Assembly: GCA_001687465.1 (NCBI GenBank)
Contig: LVLI01000118.1
Span: 124,001-167,202, forward strand
Direction of reading: 5' to 3'
Length of the DNA stretch: 43,202 nucleotides
DNA from: Halocafeteria seosinensis
Taxonomy: Eukaryota
Positions 42,718 to 43,202 of this stretch are shown piece by piece. Numbering within the stretch: the stretch's first letter is position 1; each line of letters starts with the position of its first letter. Position numbers and translations under genes: made by a program. The notes below the pieces were generated by a model. It searched no databases and was not told the DNA's origin. It saw only the letters and a program-made list of their open reading frames with translations.

Positions 42718-42767
42718 ATCACCCGCGAAAATCGTAAAACAATTGTTTTACGATTTTCGCGGGTGAT
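42718..42767. repeat. Perfect 50-bp palindrome at the end of the viral segment (hairpin-telomere-like)
   Basis: atcacccgcgaaaatcgtaaaacaa|ttgttttacgattttcgcgggtgat, with no spacer and no mismatch. Confidence 0.97.
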
Positions 42768-42855
42768 CGAAGTGGACGACCAGTTCGTGATCCACTTCCT
42801 CCGTCTGACACGTCACTACTCCATCTGTGTGTGTATTGTTAATGATCTTGGAATA

Positions 42856-43202
42856 CTACTGAACAAAGGTAGAAGCATAAACAGCTACACCACCTCTCTC
42901 TCTGGGTAAGACTAACTGAAGCCATCTGCACAGTAAGTTGACATTGGACCGCATAAGCCGACAAGACAACCCTTCACGAAGACATTCCACATATTTCGTA
43001 GGATGAGATACATGAAGAGAAGCGGGCCGATGTTTAAGCTGAGATAGGAAATCCACCGCATCCTCTCCTATACCACCATATGATTGAAACGCAAAGGGGA
43101 TTAACTTCTTTCCAAGTTCTTGACAGACTGCCCCATATTTATGAACTTTCATCCGTTCCACCACTCGAGTAGCTGCGGCAGTACGAAGGTTTTGTTGGGT
43201 AC
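42856..43202 (-). mobile_element. 3' end of an RLE-type (CRE/R2-like) non-LTR retrotransposon ORF, continuing beyond the window
   Basis: AAATRVVERMKVHKYGAVC...LIPFAFQSYGGIGEDAVDFL...LSCRLMRSN is the typical restriction-like endonuclease C-terminus (E..K..KY, P.a.es.G.g). Confidence 0.75.

Larger units (their letters stand above)
28940..42767. mobile_element. Endogenous virophage/Polinton-like-virus-related segment lacking recognisable capsid, ATPase, polymerase or integrase genes
   Basis: Abrupt shift to AT-rich, intronless, tightly packed ORFs. Contains an adenain-type protease, lipase, fibre and basic core protein, shared promoter motifs, and a complex terminal repeat structure ending in a palindrome. 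Confidence 0.85.

Noticed and set aside
28940..42767. Complete canonical Polinton/Maverick, or a bacterial prophage contaminant
   Set aside because: No pPolB, rve integrase, ATPase or capsid was recognised, and no matching long TIRs or 6-bp TSD were found. Against a prophage, there are no Shine-Dalgarno patterns or terminase/portal genes, and the protease is of the eukaryotic-virus type.

Overview
This window is eukaryotic, probably a protist with a compact genome and short GT-AG introns, and it has three zones. (1) About 2.3-19.9 kb is densely packed host genes: a MAPK-like pseudokinase, an ankyrin-repeat protein, AIDA, a possible histone-fold protein, an F-box/TBC RabGAP, a MAK/ICK-family kinase, a metallo-beta-lactamase-fold protein, an LRR protein and tepsin. 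(2) About 20-28.9 kb is a transposon graveyard, with a PIF/Harbinger relic, a hAT fragment and a MULE/Ulp1 fragment, surrounding an intronless GT8 glycosyltransferase. (3) About 28.9-42.8 kb is an AT-rich, intron-free endogenous virophage/Polinton-like-virus-like segment. It encodes a basic core-type protein, a nucleotidyltransferase-like protein, a lipase, a 1587-aa fibre/tailspike, a SAP-domain protein, an adenain-type maturation protease and a papain-like protein. I cannot recognise a capsid, packaging ATPase, polymerase or integrase gene in it. Its right end consists of an ATGACA iteron array, several tandem-repeat blocks and a perfect 50-bp palindrome (42718-42767) that resembles an opened hairpin telomere. 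A related iteron block lies at 25.7-26.1 kb. All calls come from reading motifs by eye; no database search was run.
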